DNA of 64,000 bases from Octopus bimaculoides (lineage: Eukaryota). Position 1 is the first letter of the stretch. Each line of letters starts with the position of its first letter. The notes beneath the pieces are model-generated. The model was not told the DNA's origin, searched no databases, and saw nothing but the letters and a program-made list of their open reading frames with translations. Both the position numbers and the translations under genes were made by a program. This document shows, in pieces, positions 10,968-24,050 of the stretch. Location: positions 18,339,599 through 18,403,598 of the forward strand of contig NC_068983.1 in assembly GCF_001194135.2 (NCBI RefSeq), written 5' to 3'.

Positions 10968-12300
10968 GGAAGGAATGTTACAGAAGAGTTCGAGCAGTAC
11001 TTAAATATGAGTGAAATGAACGTAACAAGGTATTAACAATGAATTCCTTAGCAGATATGTTTGTTATTTACAGTTTCAATGTGTTGAACTGGAATATGAG
11101 CGAACTAAGGAAGATTCACAGGAAAATCCGTAAGCTGCTGATTTACAATAAGATGCACCACCTAAAGGCAGACGCAGTTCATCTTTACCTCCTTAGAGCT
11201 CAAGAAGGTCGGGGCTCGATGCAGTTTGAAATCTCTTACAAAAACACCACAATTGGACTGGCAAAATATCTTGAAACTTCTAATGGCTGGATGCACAAGC
11301 GCGTTGAAAATCACAAGAGATGTAAGAAGCTTCATTCTATTATGAAAAGGAGCAAACGATTTGCGAGTTAGTTCATGCATAATACCCAGGTTGAAGAGCA
11401 TGATGAAAGTGCGGCAACTGTAGTTTCAGAGATGGTGAAATAAACAACAAAGCAAAATGCTTTTGAGCAATTAGTTGATAGATGGGAACAAAAACCTCTG
11501 TATGGCAAATACGTGGCCCGTAGCAAACAAGCTGATGTCCAGATTCACACGCATCAGCGGCTAAAGAGCTCAGAGCTAAAGTTAGTGAAGGAAGGCATTG
11601 TCTTGGCGGCCGAAAATCAGAGCGTATTAACCTGGAACAATCAAGTCAATGTGATGAAGAATGGTGTAGACCCAAGGTATCGATACTGCAACGATGAGAT
11701 TGAAACAATGGACTACATAATCTCTGGGTGTAAGGTTTTTAGCACCTGTAAAGTATAAATCCAGACCTGACAGATTTGGCCTGTATGAACATTGGATATG
11801 TCGACATTATGAAATCAAAACTGCTGACAAATGGTATAAGCAGCATCCTGAGGATGTAACTGAGGGAGTAAATATAATGATTCTTTGGGACTCTCGAGTA
11901 TACACAAACCGAACCATCAAAGCCCCTAAATCAGATATTGTTGTAAAAGAGAGAAAACGAAACAATGAAGTTTGATTTTTGACTGACATGAGCATACCTT
12001 GTGATCATAATATCTCGGCAAGAAAATTTTATAAGCCCCCAAAATATAAAGGTTTGCTAATTGAAATCGAAATGATGTGGCACTTCAAAACGGTTACAAT
12101 ACCAGTAATTGGAGGAATATTTGGAATGATAAAAAAAAGGAACTGGAAATTATTTAAGGATAATCCCTAGCTTACTATCCATGCAAGAAGTGCAAGCGAT
12201 TGTCTTGCATAGTGCGTTACACGTACCTAGAAAAGCATTGTTGCTGTGAATTTTCATTCCTCTTCCCCCTTTATTTTCTTTGTTCGCTTTCATTATTTTT
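10968..12300 (+). mobile_element. Dong/R4-like non-LTR retrotransposon, 3' 1.3 kb (RT thumb, CCHC finger, RLE endonuclease), pseudogenised
   Basis: Motifs KIRKLL..KMHHLKAD..LYL.R.QEGRG, RYCNDEIETMDYIISGC, ILWD..V.T.RTIKA..SDIVV, DMSIPCD and KTVTIPVI.GIFG, with multiple stops and frameshifts. Confidence 0.9.
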
Positions 12301-13032
12301 TTATTTTTCCTCTTTCTCTGTCTTTCTTCCCCCTTTTCTCTAAGACATGACATTTTAAATGAACAATCTGGTGATAATAATTACAACTCTAACAAATACA
12401 TCTATAGCAGTAATAGTAGCGAGGATGTCGGGTGGATAAGTGGCACTATCTGCGGCAGTGGCGATGACAGTCAGTCAACTGGCAGTAACCATCGTGATAT
12501 TATCTGTCAGCAGACCACTGCAAAATGTTATATATCGTTACATAGCATCACAAGCTATCATAGTGGCTACAATAATGTTGACAATAACGATGGCGACATT
12601 TCCCAGAAAATGTCGAATTCCTCTCCGATAACGCCTGCAGCAATTTTCATATAAATCACATATGAGTTTATAATGACACAAATAATGTAAATATGCAAAC
12701 TACTGGCAACAATATTAGTAACCCAGGTAACCATATTCATAATTACCATAGCATTAACAGTTATATTGCAAATATTAACAATCTCATTGACTTATGCTTA
12801 ATCCTGTATAATGCTAGTGAATCTAATAGCTGTAATGATAATTATTAGTCTCTTCATACTGCAAATGTGCAACAGATTAATATTCCTAATACTAACACCT
12901 GTAATATTAATATCCATACTTCTTCTGTTTTAATACAGTTCTATACATAAGAGATGAGGAATTATGTTCACTATTTATATTAATTACATTATTTATATTT
13001 GACGGATATTTGTCCTCATCTTGTTTGTTGTT

Positions 13033-13078
13033 AACACAAGGTTTCAGCTGATATATCCTCCTACCTTCATCAGGTCTC
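13033..13078 (-). ncRNA. Minimal type I hammerhead motif, degenerate
   Basis: GAGAC-CTGATGA-AGGTAG-GAGGATATAT-CAGCT-GAAAC-CTT-GTGTT. Core intact; G16.2>C and stem II mismatches. Confidence 0.6.
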
Positions 13079-13140
13079 TTGGGGAAATTTTGAAGATGGG
13101 TTCTTATACCTCAGGTATTTTTTTGATGTTGTTGTTGTTG

Positions 13141-13207
<67 letters not shown>

Positions 13208-13260
13208 GGTCACATAAAAAATACCTTAGGGATAATAACCTAGCTTAAACATTTCCTCAT

Positions 13261-13306
13261 GACACCTGATGAGGGCTGGAGCGTATATCAGCCAAAACGT
13301 TGTGTT
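13261..13306 (+). ncRNA. Minimal type I hammerhead motif, G12>A
   Basis: GACAC-CTGATGA-G-GGCTG-GAGCGTATAT-CAGCC-AAAAC-GTT-GTGTT. 5-bp stems I and II, palindromic ACGT in place of stem III. Confidence 0.7.
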
Positions 13307-14503
13307 AACAACAAACAAGATGAGGACAAATATCCGTCAAATATAAATAACGTAAATAATGTTCTTCTATGTTGTGAATTAAACTCATATGCCCTCGTAA
13401 TAATTTATGCCTCACTAAAGATATTATTTATAGATGTGATGTCCGAACTAATATATCTAACTACGTCGGTTTAACAGGAGAAGGATTCTAGCGAGCATTA
13501 TATAATCATTTCCATACTTTTAAGAGAGGTGATAAGGTTCGCTGAAAAAAATTGGGAATTGAAGGATAAAAATCTTGAATAGCAAATTATGTGGAATATA
13601 ATCACGTTCACCTTATCCTATTCACACGACAGGTAGGTGTGAATAATTTGCTGTACCGAGTTATTAGAAACATTAAAATGTTTAGCTATTGTCCATCATA
13701 AATCCTGTGTACCTAGGAGAAAATGTTTCCACTACATTAGAAGAAAATATTAATATTTTAATCCCGTAAACTAAGATGCATCGAATATTGACTACTTAAT
13801 CTCTTTCCTCTAGACATCTATTTTAACCTATATTGTTTCATTTAGTTAAATATTTACATCGCATACGAATAGTATTTGATTCTATGGGTTATGCTTCAAC
13901 GTTATCTTGCCTATCTATTACTACTTACTGTTAAGTATCTTCCGCTGCTTACATTCTATCTGCCCATCAATTAATATGTAATATCATGTGGTTATTATCC
14001 GTAGTTACGTATCTTTAACGTAACGTTTTGCAACTTTTGTGTTCAAACCAGTCGTGAGATATATGACAATCCAGTTTATGACATCTCAATCTCTTTAGTA
14101 CTTTAATATTTATTTATTTATATTTAAATTTATACTCCTTAGTGGTCGGTGAAATTCGTGACATAATTCCTTTAAATGAGAATATATCTGTTAAGGATTT
14201 GATGACTTTTCAATTACAAAGCAAGGCAACGTTACCCTTGTATTGATTCATAGATTCTTCGGCATCTTTGTTAAACCTTAAACTAATTTAGATAAGTGAA
14301 TTAAGATTGCATATTTACATAACCTCCATGTTCCTTATTTGCTGTGTTTATACACATCTACTAAATATCCTATATATTCGAATGTAAAATTAGATAACTC
14401 GCTGGTCCAGAGAATGTTGTCTACCTTCACATGAATATTTAAAATTGTACATTGTTGAAATTATACTTGTTGCTCTCGGATTATATATCATGATGGTAAT
14501 GAA

Positions 14504-14845
14504 GGCGCATGGCTCAGTTGTTAGAGCGTCGGACTCACAATCATGAGGTAGTGAGTTCGATTCTCGGACCTGTTTGGGGTTGTGTTCTTGAGCAAGACAT
14601 TTTATTTCACGTTGCTTCAATTCCGTCAGCTGTAGAAGTGAGCTGCGATGTCACTGGTGCCGCGCCTTAACGTTCCGTTTGCCTTTCTCTTCGATAACTT
14701 TAATGGCTTGGAGAAGGAAGGCTGGTTTGCATGGACGACTGCTGGTAATCCATAAACAACACAACTCGAACTTGTCCTTCGGAGGGAAATTTCCTAGGTA
14801 CAATCCCATGGTCATTCATGACCGAAAGGGATCTTTACACTTTAC
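14504..14845 (+). mobile_element. tRNA-derived SINE family C (CORE/V-like central TTGAGCAAGACA domain), full length
   Basis: A box TGGCTCAGTTGTTAG, B box GAGTTCGATTC, then GTGTTCTTGAGCAAGACATTTTATTTCAC. Confidence 0.8.
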
Positions 14846-14955
14846 AATTTGCATTTTATGATGTAATAGTGTATGAAAACATTAACTAAATGAAATCCTG
14901 CTGAATTAATTGCCTTAAATTTTAAACACCATTTAAACGCCATTATATATACACG

Positions 14956-15004
<49 letters not shown>

Positions 15005-15110
15005 ACACACATATATATACATAGATACGTACATATATATATACACAGATATACATACATATATATATGCATAGACATAAACACACACACACATATATAA
15101 ATAAAGATAA

Positions 15111-15145
<35 letters not shown>

Positions 15146-15751
15146 ACAAATCGAATAGGAGACATTTTAGTAATTTGAACCTAAAGGTAAAATTAATAGC
15201 AGTGACAACATTGACAGAAGGTACTGACTAGCACCAACTATTGCTAGAAATAAGGGTTAAATCAACTCAAAAGCCACAAAGCACTATGCTAATGATATAT
15301 ATATATATATATANNNNNNNNNNNNNNNNNNNNNNNNNNNNNNNNNNNNNNNNNNNNNNNNNNNNNNNNNNNNNNNNNNNNNNNNNNNNNNNNNNNNNNN
15401 NNNNNNNNNNNNNNNNNNNNNNNNNNNNNNNNNNNNNNNNNNNNNNNNNNNNNNNNNNNNNNNNNNNNNNNNNNNNNNNNNNNNNNNNNNNNNNNNNNNN
15501 NNNNNNNNNNNNNNNNNNNNNNNNNNNNNNNNNNNNNNNNNNNNNNNNNNNNNNNNNNNNNNNNNNNNNNNNNNNNNNNNNNNNNNNNNNNNNNNNNNNN
15601 NNNNNNNNNNNNNNNNNNNNNNNNNNNNNNNNNNNNNNNNNNNNNNNNNNNNNNNNNNNNNNNNNNNNNNNNNNNNNNNNNNNNNNNNNNNNNNNNNNNN
15701 NNNNNNNNNNNNNNNNNNNNNNNNNNNNNNNNNNNNNNNNNNNNNNNNNNN

Positions 15752-16130
15752 CTCTTTACTCTAGTAATTGTTTCAGTCATTTGACTGCGGTCATGCTGGA
15801 GCACCGCCTTTAGACGAGCAAATCGACCCCAGGACTTATTCTTTGTAAGCCTAGTACTTATTCTATCGGTCACTTTTGCCGAACCGCCAAGTTACAGGGA
15901 CGTAAACAAACCAGCATCGGTTGTCAAATGATGTTGGGTGGACAAACACAGACACACAAACACACACACATATATATATGTACATATACGTATATACGAC
16001 GGGCTTCTTTCAGTTTCCGTCTACCAAATCCACTCAGAAGGCTTTGGTCGGTCCGAGGCTATAGTAGAAGACTCTTGCCCAGGGTGCTATAGTAGAAGAC
16101 ACTTGCCCAGGACTGAACCAGGAACCATGT
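15752..16130 (-). mobile_element. tRNA-derived SINE family A (CORE-like TTGGGCAAGTGTC), head truncated
   Basis: Reverse complement of the 16498-16915 copy; contains an internal 28-bp tandem duplication GCTATAGTAGAAGAC(T/A)CTTGCCCAGG. Confidence 0.9.
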
Positions 16131-16497
16131 GATTTTCTCTCTGTATATCTCTCACTTCCTCTTTCTGCTTTTCTCTCTCTCTCGTTGCTCACATCGTCCA
16201 TTTTTACTCTCCTCACGTGATCATCTTTCTTTTCCTTCAGTCTGTCGTACAAACCAGACGCATTCTTATCCTTCTCCTCTTCTATCTTTTCTCTTATCAA
16301 AGACAGTATTCCTCCAGTGGTCGCCACCTTAACTCGTCTGGCCTAATGGACCACCATGTTTGTTTTCGTTTGGTTTGTTGTATGTCTCCACTGTCCTGTT
16401 TTTGTTACCAGCTTTGAACCTCCGCAAATCCCAAATTTTATTTTGGTTCGCGAGAGCAACAGCGTTTCGAAGTCTCATATTCTCGTTAAATATATAC

Positions 16498-16915
16498 AGG
16501 CGCATGAGTGGCTGCGTGGTAAGTAACTTGCTTAAAAACCACATGGTTCCGGGTTCCGTTCAAGTGCGTAGCACTTTGGGCAAGTGTCTTGTACTATAGC
16601 CTCGGGCCGACCAAAGCCTTCTGTGTGGATTTGGTAGACGGAAACTGAAAGAAGACCGTCGTATATATGTATATGTGTGTATATATGTGTGTGTGTTTGT
16701 GTGTCTGTGTTTGTCCCCCCCAACATCGCTTGACAACCGATGCTGGTGTGTTTACGTCCCCGTAACTTAGCAGTTCGGCAAAAGAGTCCGATAGAATAAG
16801 TACTAGGCTTACAAAGAATAACTCCTGGGGTCGACTTGCTCGACTAAAAGCGGTACTCCAGCATGGCCGCAGTCAAATGACTGAAAAAAGTAAAAATTAA
16901 AGATAAAAGATAAAA
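16498..16915 (+). mobile_element. tRNA-derived SINE family A, full length, with internal (TA)/(TG) microsatellite
   Basis: AGGCGCATGAGTGGCTGCGTGGTAAG A box, GGGTTCCGTTC B-box-like, TTGGGCAAGTGTCTT, and an A-rich AAAAGAT tail. Confidence 0.9.
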
Positions 16916-17101
16916 TGATCGAAATGAGGAGTAGATGGACCACCGATAATTGATGAAGGGTCGTTCTTTATGTTACTTGTTTTGTTTTCCATTTGTTTCT
17001 CTCGTTGCTCGCATATCCATGTTTGTCTTTGCATTTCATGCTGTTTTCCTATTTCGTATTTCATGTTGTTTACACTTTGTGACGTCCTGTACCCATATAT
17101 G

Positions 17102-17103
<2 letters not shown>
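16916..17103 (+). repeat. Repeat homologous to 1690-1830 (inverted), ending at (TA)n
   Basis: Shared GTCCTGTACCC(A/C)ATATGC terminus and GAAA..TGATGAAGG..TTCT.TATG arrangement. Confidence 0.55.
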
Positions 17104-17147
<44 letters not shown>

Positions 17148-17170
17148 CATGTAGATGTATGTATGTGCAG

Positions 17171-17206
<36 letters not shown>

Positions 17207-17251
17207 CAAGTAAGCCGGCACAAAAATATCTCCTGAGACTTCTTTATCAAT

Positions 17252-17298
17252 GTACCTGAGGAGACACACACACTGATGGGTCGAAACATATACTGTAC
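17252..17298 (+). ncRNA. Degenerate type I hammerhead in a pLTR-like remnant (about 17210-17490)
   Basis: GTAC-CTGAGGA-GAC...GTC-GAAAC-ATAT-ACT-GTAC. Core and stem I intact; positions 16.2 and 16.1 mutated (expected GT). Confidence 0.5.
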
Positions 17299-17494
17299 CA
17301 AATAAAATCTAATACGAAATCCATCTCCTACTATCAATAAATACTATTACCCTAACTGCCGCTGCGAAGTTCCTGAACAAAACCCAACGGAACTGTACCC
17401 CAACTACTGATGACAACAGGTAACCTAAACTGTGCCGGTGTTCCACTCAATGTTTAATCATTCTAATCTAATTATACGTATTTGTCTAAATTTC

Positions 17495-17533
<39 letters not shown>

Positions 17534-17906
17534 GTAAATATATAAGTGTGTGTGGGAGAGTGAGTGAGCTGTATAGGGTGTGTGTGTTTGGGTTGGTGTC
17601 TGCAATATAATATAATACATTCTGAACGACGTCGGTACCATAATTTACCTAAAAACGGGGAATGACCTTGTGGAAATAGTTATGTATAATTCATCGTTGA
17701 TTTAAGTAGATAAATGATATCTATCCCTGGAATAATATAGCTGAGTTTAGATTATTAATATATAGCTGCAAATTATTTCGTCGGAAGACACAGACACAAA
17801 GTCACACAGACATACACGCATACATACACGCATACATACAACACACACACCTACACATACACACACAGACATATGTATATAGATAGATAGAGAAGTATGT
17901 AAGTAG

Positions 17907-17997
<91 letters not shown>

Positions 17998-20900
17998 CAA
18001 AGTGAAAGAGAGAGAGAGAGAGAGAGGGGGAGGGAGGAACAGTGAGGGAGAAAAGAGAGTGATTATGAAAACTAAACAAAGCCAAGTTAATTAATTCTGG
18101 AAAAATAAATTTAGCGATCTAGTTTAAATAAGGAAGCTGAAAGAGAGAGAAAGTAAAACGCAGAGAAAGAGAAACCGTGAGAGATAAAGAAAGCAGGAAA
18201 TGGAAAGCGAGCGGATGTTAGGGAATTATGAATATAAAGATTAGTTCAAGCAATATTATGAAATAATTTGTAATTGGTGTAACCTTTGTGGGATTTATGT
18301 CGTATCTTCTATCATAAATTACCGTACAACTCACGCGACGCAAACAAGAAACAGGTGGGATTTTCATTTTGCATATAATAATTACTATAACTACCACTTA
18401 TATTAATCACATTCATGAAGCGGTAGCATTTCCATAAAATTCATATATATGATAATATTACGTTGTCTAAGTTTAGAGTGTAGATGGTATGTAGCTGCCA
18501 TTCTTTCTTGTACAGATCGCTTCAGTTTTCGACTGAGAAGATCGCACGACACTACAGAATTAATTAAATGCGTATGGGAGACTATTTCTTTGACTATTCT
18601 CTCTAGACTTATTAAGTTTAATTCTGATGTGATTTTGTATTCATAATACGAGGTGGTTCATTCCAACTAGAAATACGGAAACTATAGTTTTCTGCAATGT
18701 CGATAACGATGAGTTTCGAAATAACTCCTTTTTCCTTATTTTGTCCTCACTTTGTGTAACTTTCGATACAATGCTGTTTCATTTTCTCTCTTCGGATTCT
18801 ATTGCGTAAGCAAACAATGCATTACGGTTTTATGCAAGTCTTGCATAAAGGATGTAAATACCATTGTGTTTCTGTTTGGCTTTGGAAAGACAATGGAATT
18901 TAAATTACGGAATGCAACTCATGCGCACAGTTGGTCAAGTTAAGCATGCGGGCAATAATTTGCTGCTATTGGAAAGTAAGCTGTTATTGAGCACTGATAA
19001 TTTGCTTCGTCATTCGCCCGATACAACGCTCTTTTCTGCAGAAACTATCAACAATCAAGCATATTTCGGCCTATGTTTCCTTAATATCCGATTTATATAA
19101 CAGCAGTCTTTCAATGAATTCATCGTTTACAGCCTCAAGTTTGCAAGTGAGCAACAGAGGACTGCGAAATACAATTAAAGAAATATTCTATATTCCGTAC
19201 TTTGAATCTAATTTCTGAACCTATAAACTGGAAAGGGAAAATTAAGTATACATTTCAAAACAGTGAACCAACCTCTCTCTGTCTGTCTCTCTGAATCTCT
19301 CTCTGTATACATACATGCATACATATATACATCCCACTTTATATTTATATTGTATGTCTAAATAACCTGAACGTTATAGAGAATTGTCATTTCAAGGGAG
19401 TGGACAGTCTTTCACGTAAATGCTCTTATATGATCATCTTCGCTATTGGCCATTTTTGAAAAGCGAGAGCACAGTGCTTAAAATGGGTTTTAGGTAATTG
19501 AACCTGGGAATGAACTCGCGCTGCGAACTCGGAGTAAACAAAATTAAGCTTTAGTTATAGACAGCGAACTGTGCAATATCAGGCTGCCACTTAACTAAGT
19601 GAAAACAAAATATCTAGTGCTTGCTAGCAGTTGCTGAATAAACTGAAGAGGAAACTATAAAATACACATTATTTTTAGTTAGCAGCCATAAAATCTATAC
19701 CAAGTATTCTCATTCTGTGCCTTTTTTCTTTTATAAACAAACATTCCTACAGAATTTCTTTGGATCTCAAATCCTGTAGCGTATACTTTTTATTGACATC
19801 AAATTAATTTTATATACGTTTTTGTACAATAAAACAAATGTAATTTGTATGGGCGAAATTTTATCTTGACAATGTTTCAAATAAATATATTTCAGTTTCC
19901 CAGGATACATTTAAAAAAATAGCTACATATGTATTCCGTTTTTGTTTTCTTTAGTATTATCATTTTTTCAACATCAACAAAAAACATACATTAAAATTTC
20001 TATTCGTCTAGCGTTTACTATTATACATTTCATCCGGATTTCAACATCAATAAACAACAAATGTTTTTTATGAAAATATTTTAGATAATTTGATTGAATT
20101 GTGATAGGAATAATGAGGTGCAAATAAAATATACATACATACGTATATATATTATATATATATATATGTATGTGTGTGTATGTATAAGCATGTATATGTA
20201 TGTATGTATCCATTTATCCATGTATGTATCCATATATGTACGTATACACTACAAGTATAAGCCTGTAGAATAGTAAATGTAATCAGAACTGTAAAACCCA
20301 GGAACTAACACACGTCACCTATATAACCTTATATAGGAAAGAAAGGAATGAGGTGCACAGCTTGGGATTGTATTTAAAGCAAGTACAATTGGGCATGAAA
20401 GCGTGCTGAATAATAAGACGCTCTAATAATAAAAGTTGCTAAATATTATGAAAACAAAACGTTGCAAACAATGTACGAAGAGACACGGATAAACCTTACA
20501 TGTAAGTACTTTATAGACAGTCATCAAAATCCACACATTCATCTCTATGCAGCATACAATTTCCTAAAGACAAATTGAAAATAGTCTATTATTAAAAGAA
20601 CATCATAGGTACTACGTCAACACTGCAGGCAATTCTCTTGTCGGTTAAATAAACCCGATCCCTTTAGATAATCGAGCCAAGCGTTTCTCCACTTGTTGCG
20701 GATCAAACATATTTCTCTCAATTGGAAATCCGAAGTCTGCATAATGTCAATACATCCATTAAAAATGCTTCATATATGACTGATTTAGTGAGGCTGTCTA
20801 TCGCATGTTAGCTGAAGCACAACATCTGTTTATGTTATATAGAAGACCTGACATGGACTGTCTACGTCATATGTCCAGTTTAAGTATATCCCATAATCTT

Positions 20901-21221
20901 TTAGACAAAGATATTCATTGGTTTCTTTAGATTTCGGCATTTAGGTTTCTTTTTACTCTTAACCGCCGGTAATAAGGCATAATGAATACAAGTATGATAA
21001 AAGAAAGATACATAACCGACATCATGCATTTTGTAGGAGGCGTGGTTCTATCTTAATGTTTGTAACACTATATGATAAATAATGACCAATATATGATAAT
21101 ATAAAGAAACTCAAACAAAGATTTTCTTTAAAAATTCAGTTTGATTAGATTTAAAGCAACGTAAGTACATTTCAGGTGAATAAAAGTTCCGAAAGAAGTG
21201 TTAGAAATCATGTGAAATTAA

Positions 21222-21283
<62 letters not shown>

Positions 21284-21289
21284 TCTGAC

Positions 21290-21680
21290 GTAAGAAGGTG
21301 AAAAATCCTAAACAGATTACTAAGGACTTCAAGTTTACATTCCAGCATGATGAAGATCCTTGTCATACAAGTGCAGTGGCTCAAAAATCTTTCAGGGATG
21401 CGTTTAGGAACGAACAGCTTTTGGGATAAGGACACTTGGCCTCCTTCGTCGCCTGATTTGAATGCTTTGGACTTAGCACCTGTAATGAACTAGTAAGAAA
21501 AGCTTGTGCGAAGCTCCACAGTAATTTACAACTACATCCGTTAGGAAGTGGGATCAGGAAGTCATTGCCAAAACAGGAGCAACACTTGACGACTGAAAGG
21601 TAGGATTTCAGTCAAAGCTGTCTCTGGCTCTTTGAAATAAAACTTTAATCTTCTATTCAAACTTTATTTCAATACTTTAC
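21290..21680 (+). mobile_element. Tc1/mariner-superfamily (maT/Tc1-like) transposase fragment
   Basis: FTFQHDEDPCHTS...FWDKDTWPPSSPDLNALD matches FQQD.AP.HT..WPPSSPDLNPLD. Confidence 0.75.
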
Positions 21681-21841
21681 GTGCTCCCAATCATGAAGTA
21701 TGGTTATTTATTTATGAAAATGTCATATACGTCCATGATCCCGATTCATCACGATTCATCTGGTGGGCTTGGAAAAATTTGCACAATTTTGCTGTTACAC
21801 TCAGTATATATATATAAGCTCTTGAAAAAACAAAGAAGGCC

Positions 21842-21888
<47 letters not shown>

Positions 21889-22699
21889 AGAGAGAGAGAG
21901 AGAGAGAGAGAAATAGATGAAAGAGAAAGAGAGAGAGAAAGAAACTCGTGTTAAAAACAGAAGATAGATAGATGCCAAGACAACTTTTTGTTCCACTTAG
22001 AATCTCAAACCAATCTCACTTTTTCACTGGTCTTCAGTTTGAAGGTTTTTTTCCCCCTATAAAATTACATGTTTTTTATCCGAATTTTAATGTCATTTCG
22101 CTTTATCTCTCATAATTTCTTTATCATAGTTATAAGTGAACGTAGTTTTCTCTTCCCTCCGTTAATGTCGCAGCCATAAACAGCACTTGCTCCAGCTTTG
22201 CTTCTTTTATTTTTCTCCGTTAGATTTTGATTTATTTTTTATCTTTTGATTAATTTTCAGTTAAACGTGCGCATTTACTTTTTTGTTTTCTTTTGAAATC
22301 CAAATTTTAATTGATGACATCTCCACTCAAGTTGCTTCTCTTAAAGGTTAAGTCCCTTTCATGGTATTGTGTATTAGAAAAAAAAAAACAATCACATTCG
22401 AAGCATGTAGTCTCATGACGCACAGATACTCAATCACACACACAAACACAAATATGTGCATTACACATTATAATGATAATAATCAACTATGGGGATGACG
22501 TTGAGTTGATAATAACTAGATTTTGGCCGAAACTTCTCAGTTGTAAAAAACGTTTAAAATAATATTGTCGATGTGACCATTCTTGAAACGGTGATTTAGT
22601 AACTTTTTATATTTTCATATTATTTTGAAGGTTTCCCTTCGGGCATCTTTAAGAATTTTCACCATATTATCTGAGGCAATGGTCGATGCGATCCTTACA

Positions 22700-23070
22700 A
22701 GGAAATCGGCGATAGTAACTATGTTTCTCTCTATTATTATCATCATCCACATTCACGTACACTTTTCTTTCTCTATCATCCTCGTCGTCATATTATTCGT
22801 TAATATGATCATTATCATCATCGATATCCTACTCCGCATCTTAACCATCATTTTCGTTTTCGTCGTCGTCATCGTCGTCATTGTCGTCGTCGTCTTTGTC
22901 CTTACCACCACGGTCCCTCATGTCCTCCTCTTTCTTTCATGCTCATCATCTTTCTGTTCTTCATCTTCATCTTCAATATTAGAATCGTTACCACTCCAGT
23001 ATAATTCATCTCCTCCTCTTCCTCATCGCCATTCCCATCCTCATCATCACCTGTACCGTCACTACTACCC

Positions 23071-23106
<36 letters not shown>

Positions 23107-23340
23107 CTATCATCGTTTTCATCATCACGGTCGTCATCCTTACTGTCATGTTCATCAAAATAATAAATGTTACCATCATCAACACCACCAGCATCAAAAC
23201 TCCGCTGTCCGTTGCAGTCCACTACCTTTTCATCCGCCACCACCATCCTCCTCGTGATTATAGTCATTACTATCATCATCAGCATTTTTTTTTACTTCCT
23301 TTCTACTTCTTGATGTTCATGTTTGTAATAATGATATTAT
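22700..23340. repeat. Degenerate (CAT/TCA/CGT)n trinucleotide low-complexity tract
   Basis: Directly visible; source of the spurious His/Asp/Met-rich ORFs. Confidence 0.9.
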
Positions 23341-23598
23341 AATATTCGTTTGTGTCTTGCAACTGTTATTTCAGTTGTTTCATCCACGAAATCAGTATCA
23401 CATCTAGGCAACACTATCATCACGTATGTGTGATAGACACATATGTAGAGTAAACCACGCAACGGAACGTATAACTTTCAATGCCAAAGAATGTTTCCAC
23501 TGCGTAAAATATATATTTCAAGTATTTTCCGACGGGTACGCATCTTCACATATAATGCATGACAATTCATTGTTAAACATCTCCTCTCTAATGTATAG

Positions 23599-23628
23599 CT
23601 ACATGATGAGTCGAAACGATCGTAGTGG
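23599..23628 (+). ncRNA. Collapsed hammerhead remnant
   Basis: CTAC-ATGATGA-GTC-GAAAC-GATC-GTA-GTGG. 4-bp stem I, palindromic stem III, C3>A, stem II reduced to 3 nt. Confidence 0.5.
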
Positions 23629-23719
23629 ATAAAATGTCTTGTAAATTCCATTCTCTGTCTCTCATCTATTATAGCTGTGTTTTAAGCTACATTTCGTTTC
23701 CATTTAGTACATACATACA

Positions 23720-23798
<79 letters not shown>

Positions 23799-24050
23799 AG
23801 AATAGAGAACATATTTTAAGGCCAAGTCCTTTTAACAGATTAATTCACTTCGCATCATAGGCATATTCATATACAGTATCAATTCAAGTACAAATATGCA
23901 AATCACGAAAGCGTATAATACATAAATGTAGCTTCATTAATATGTTTGGTGTAAACATTCAAAGCTTACGAATCGATGACGAGATTAGAAGGTAGGTATC
24001 CAAGGAGCGGTGGTGTTCGAATAATTACGATGAATCATTAGTGAGTACAT

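Larger units (their letters stand above)
12955..13362. mobile_element. Palindromic non-autonomous element with a hammerhead motif in each arm around (TTG)n(TTA)n
   Basis: 12984-13122 is the inverted copy of 13217-13356; the core TTTGACGGATATTTGTCCTCATCTTGTTTGTTGTTAACACAA is perfectly mirrored. Confidence 0.85.

Noticed and set aside
12280-12654. 124-aa Asn/Ser-rich ORF with an apparent splice acceptor
   Set aside because: The pyrimidine tract is the LINE 3' UTR and the body is degenerate AAT/AGT/AAC low-complexity sequence with no recognisable domain.
14504-14575. tRNA-like sequence (also the heads at 16498, 28025, 38518 and 62882)
   Set aside because: These are SINE heads with A/B boxes continuing into repeat bodies and lack a complete cloverleaf; not tRNA genes.
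17400-17440. CTGATGA at 17407 followed by AGG-TAA-CCT
   Set aside because: No GAAA and no stem I partner.
18647-19130. TACGAGGTGGTTCA mariner-TIR-like start with faint HTH-like translation
   Set aside because: Too degenerate; no second TIR or catalytic motif.
22625-23285. 210-aa and 127-aa His/Asp-rich ORFs
   Set aside because: Products of a trinucleotide repeat tract.
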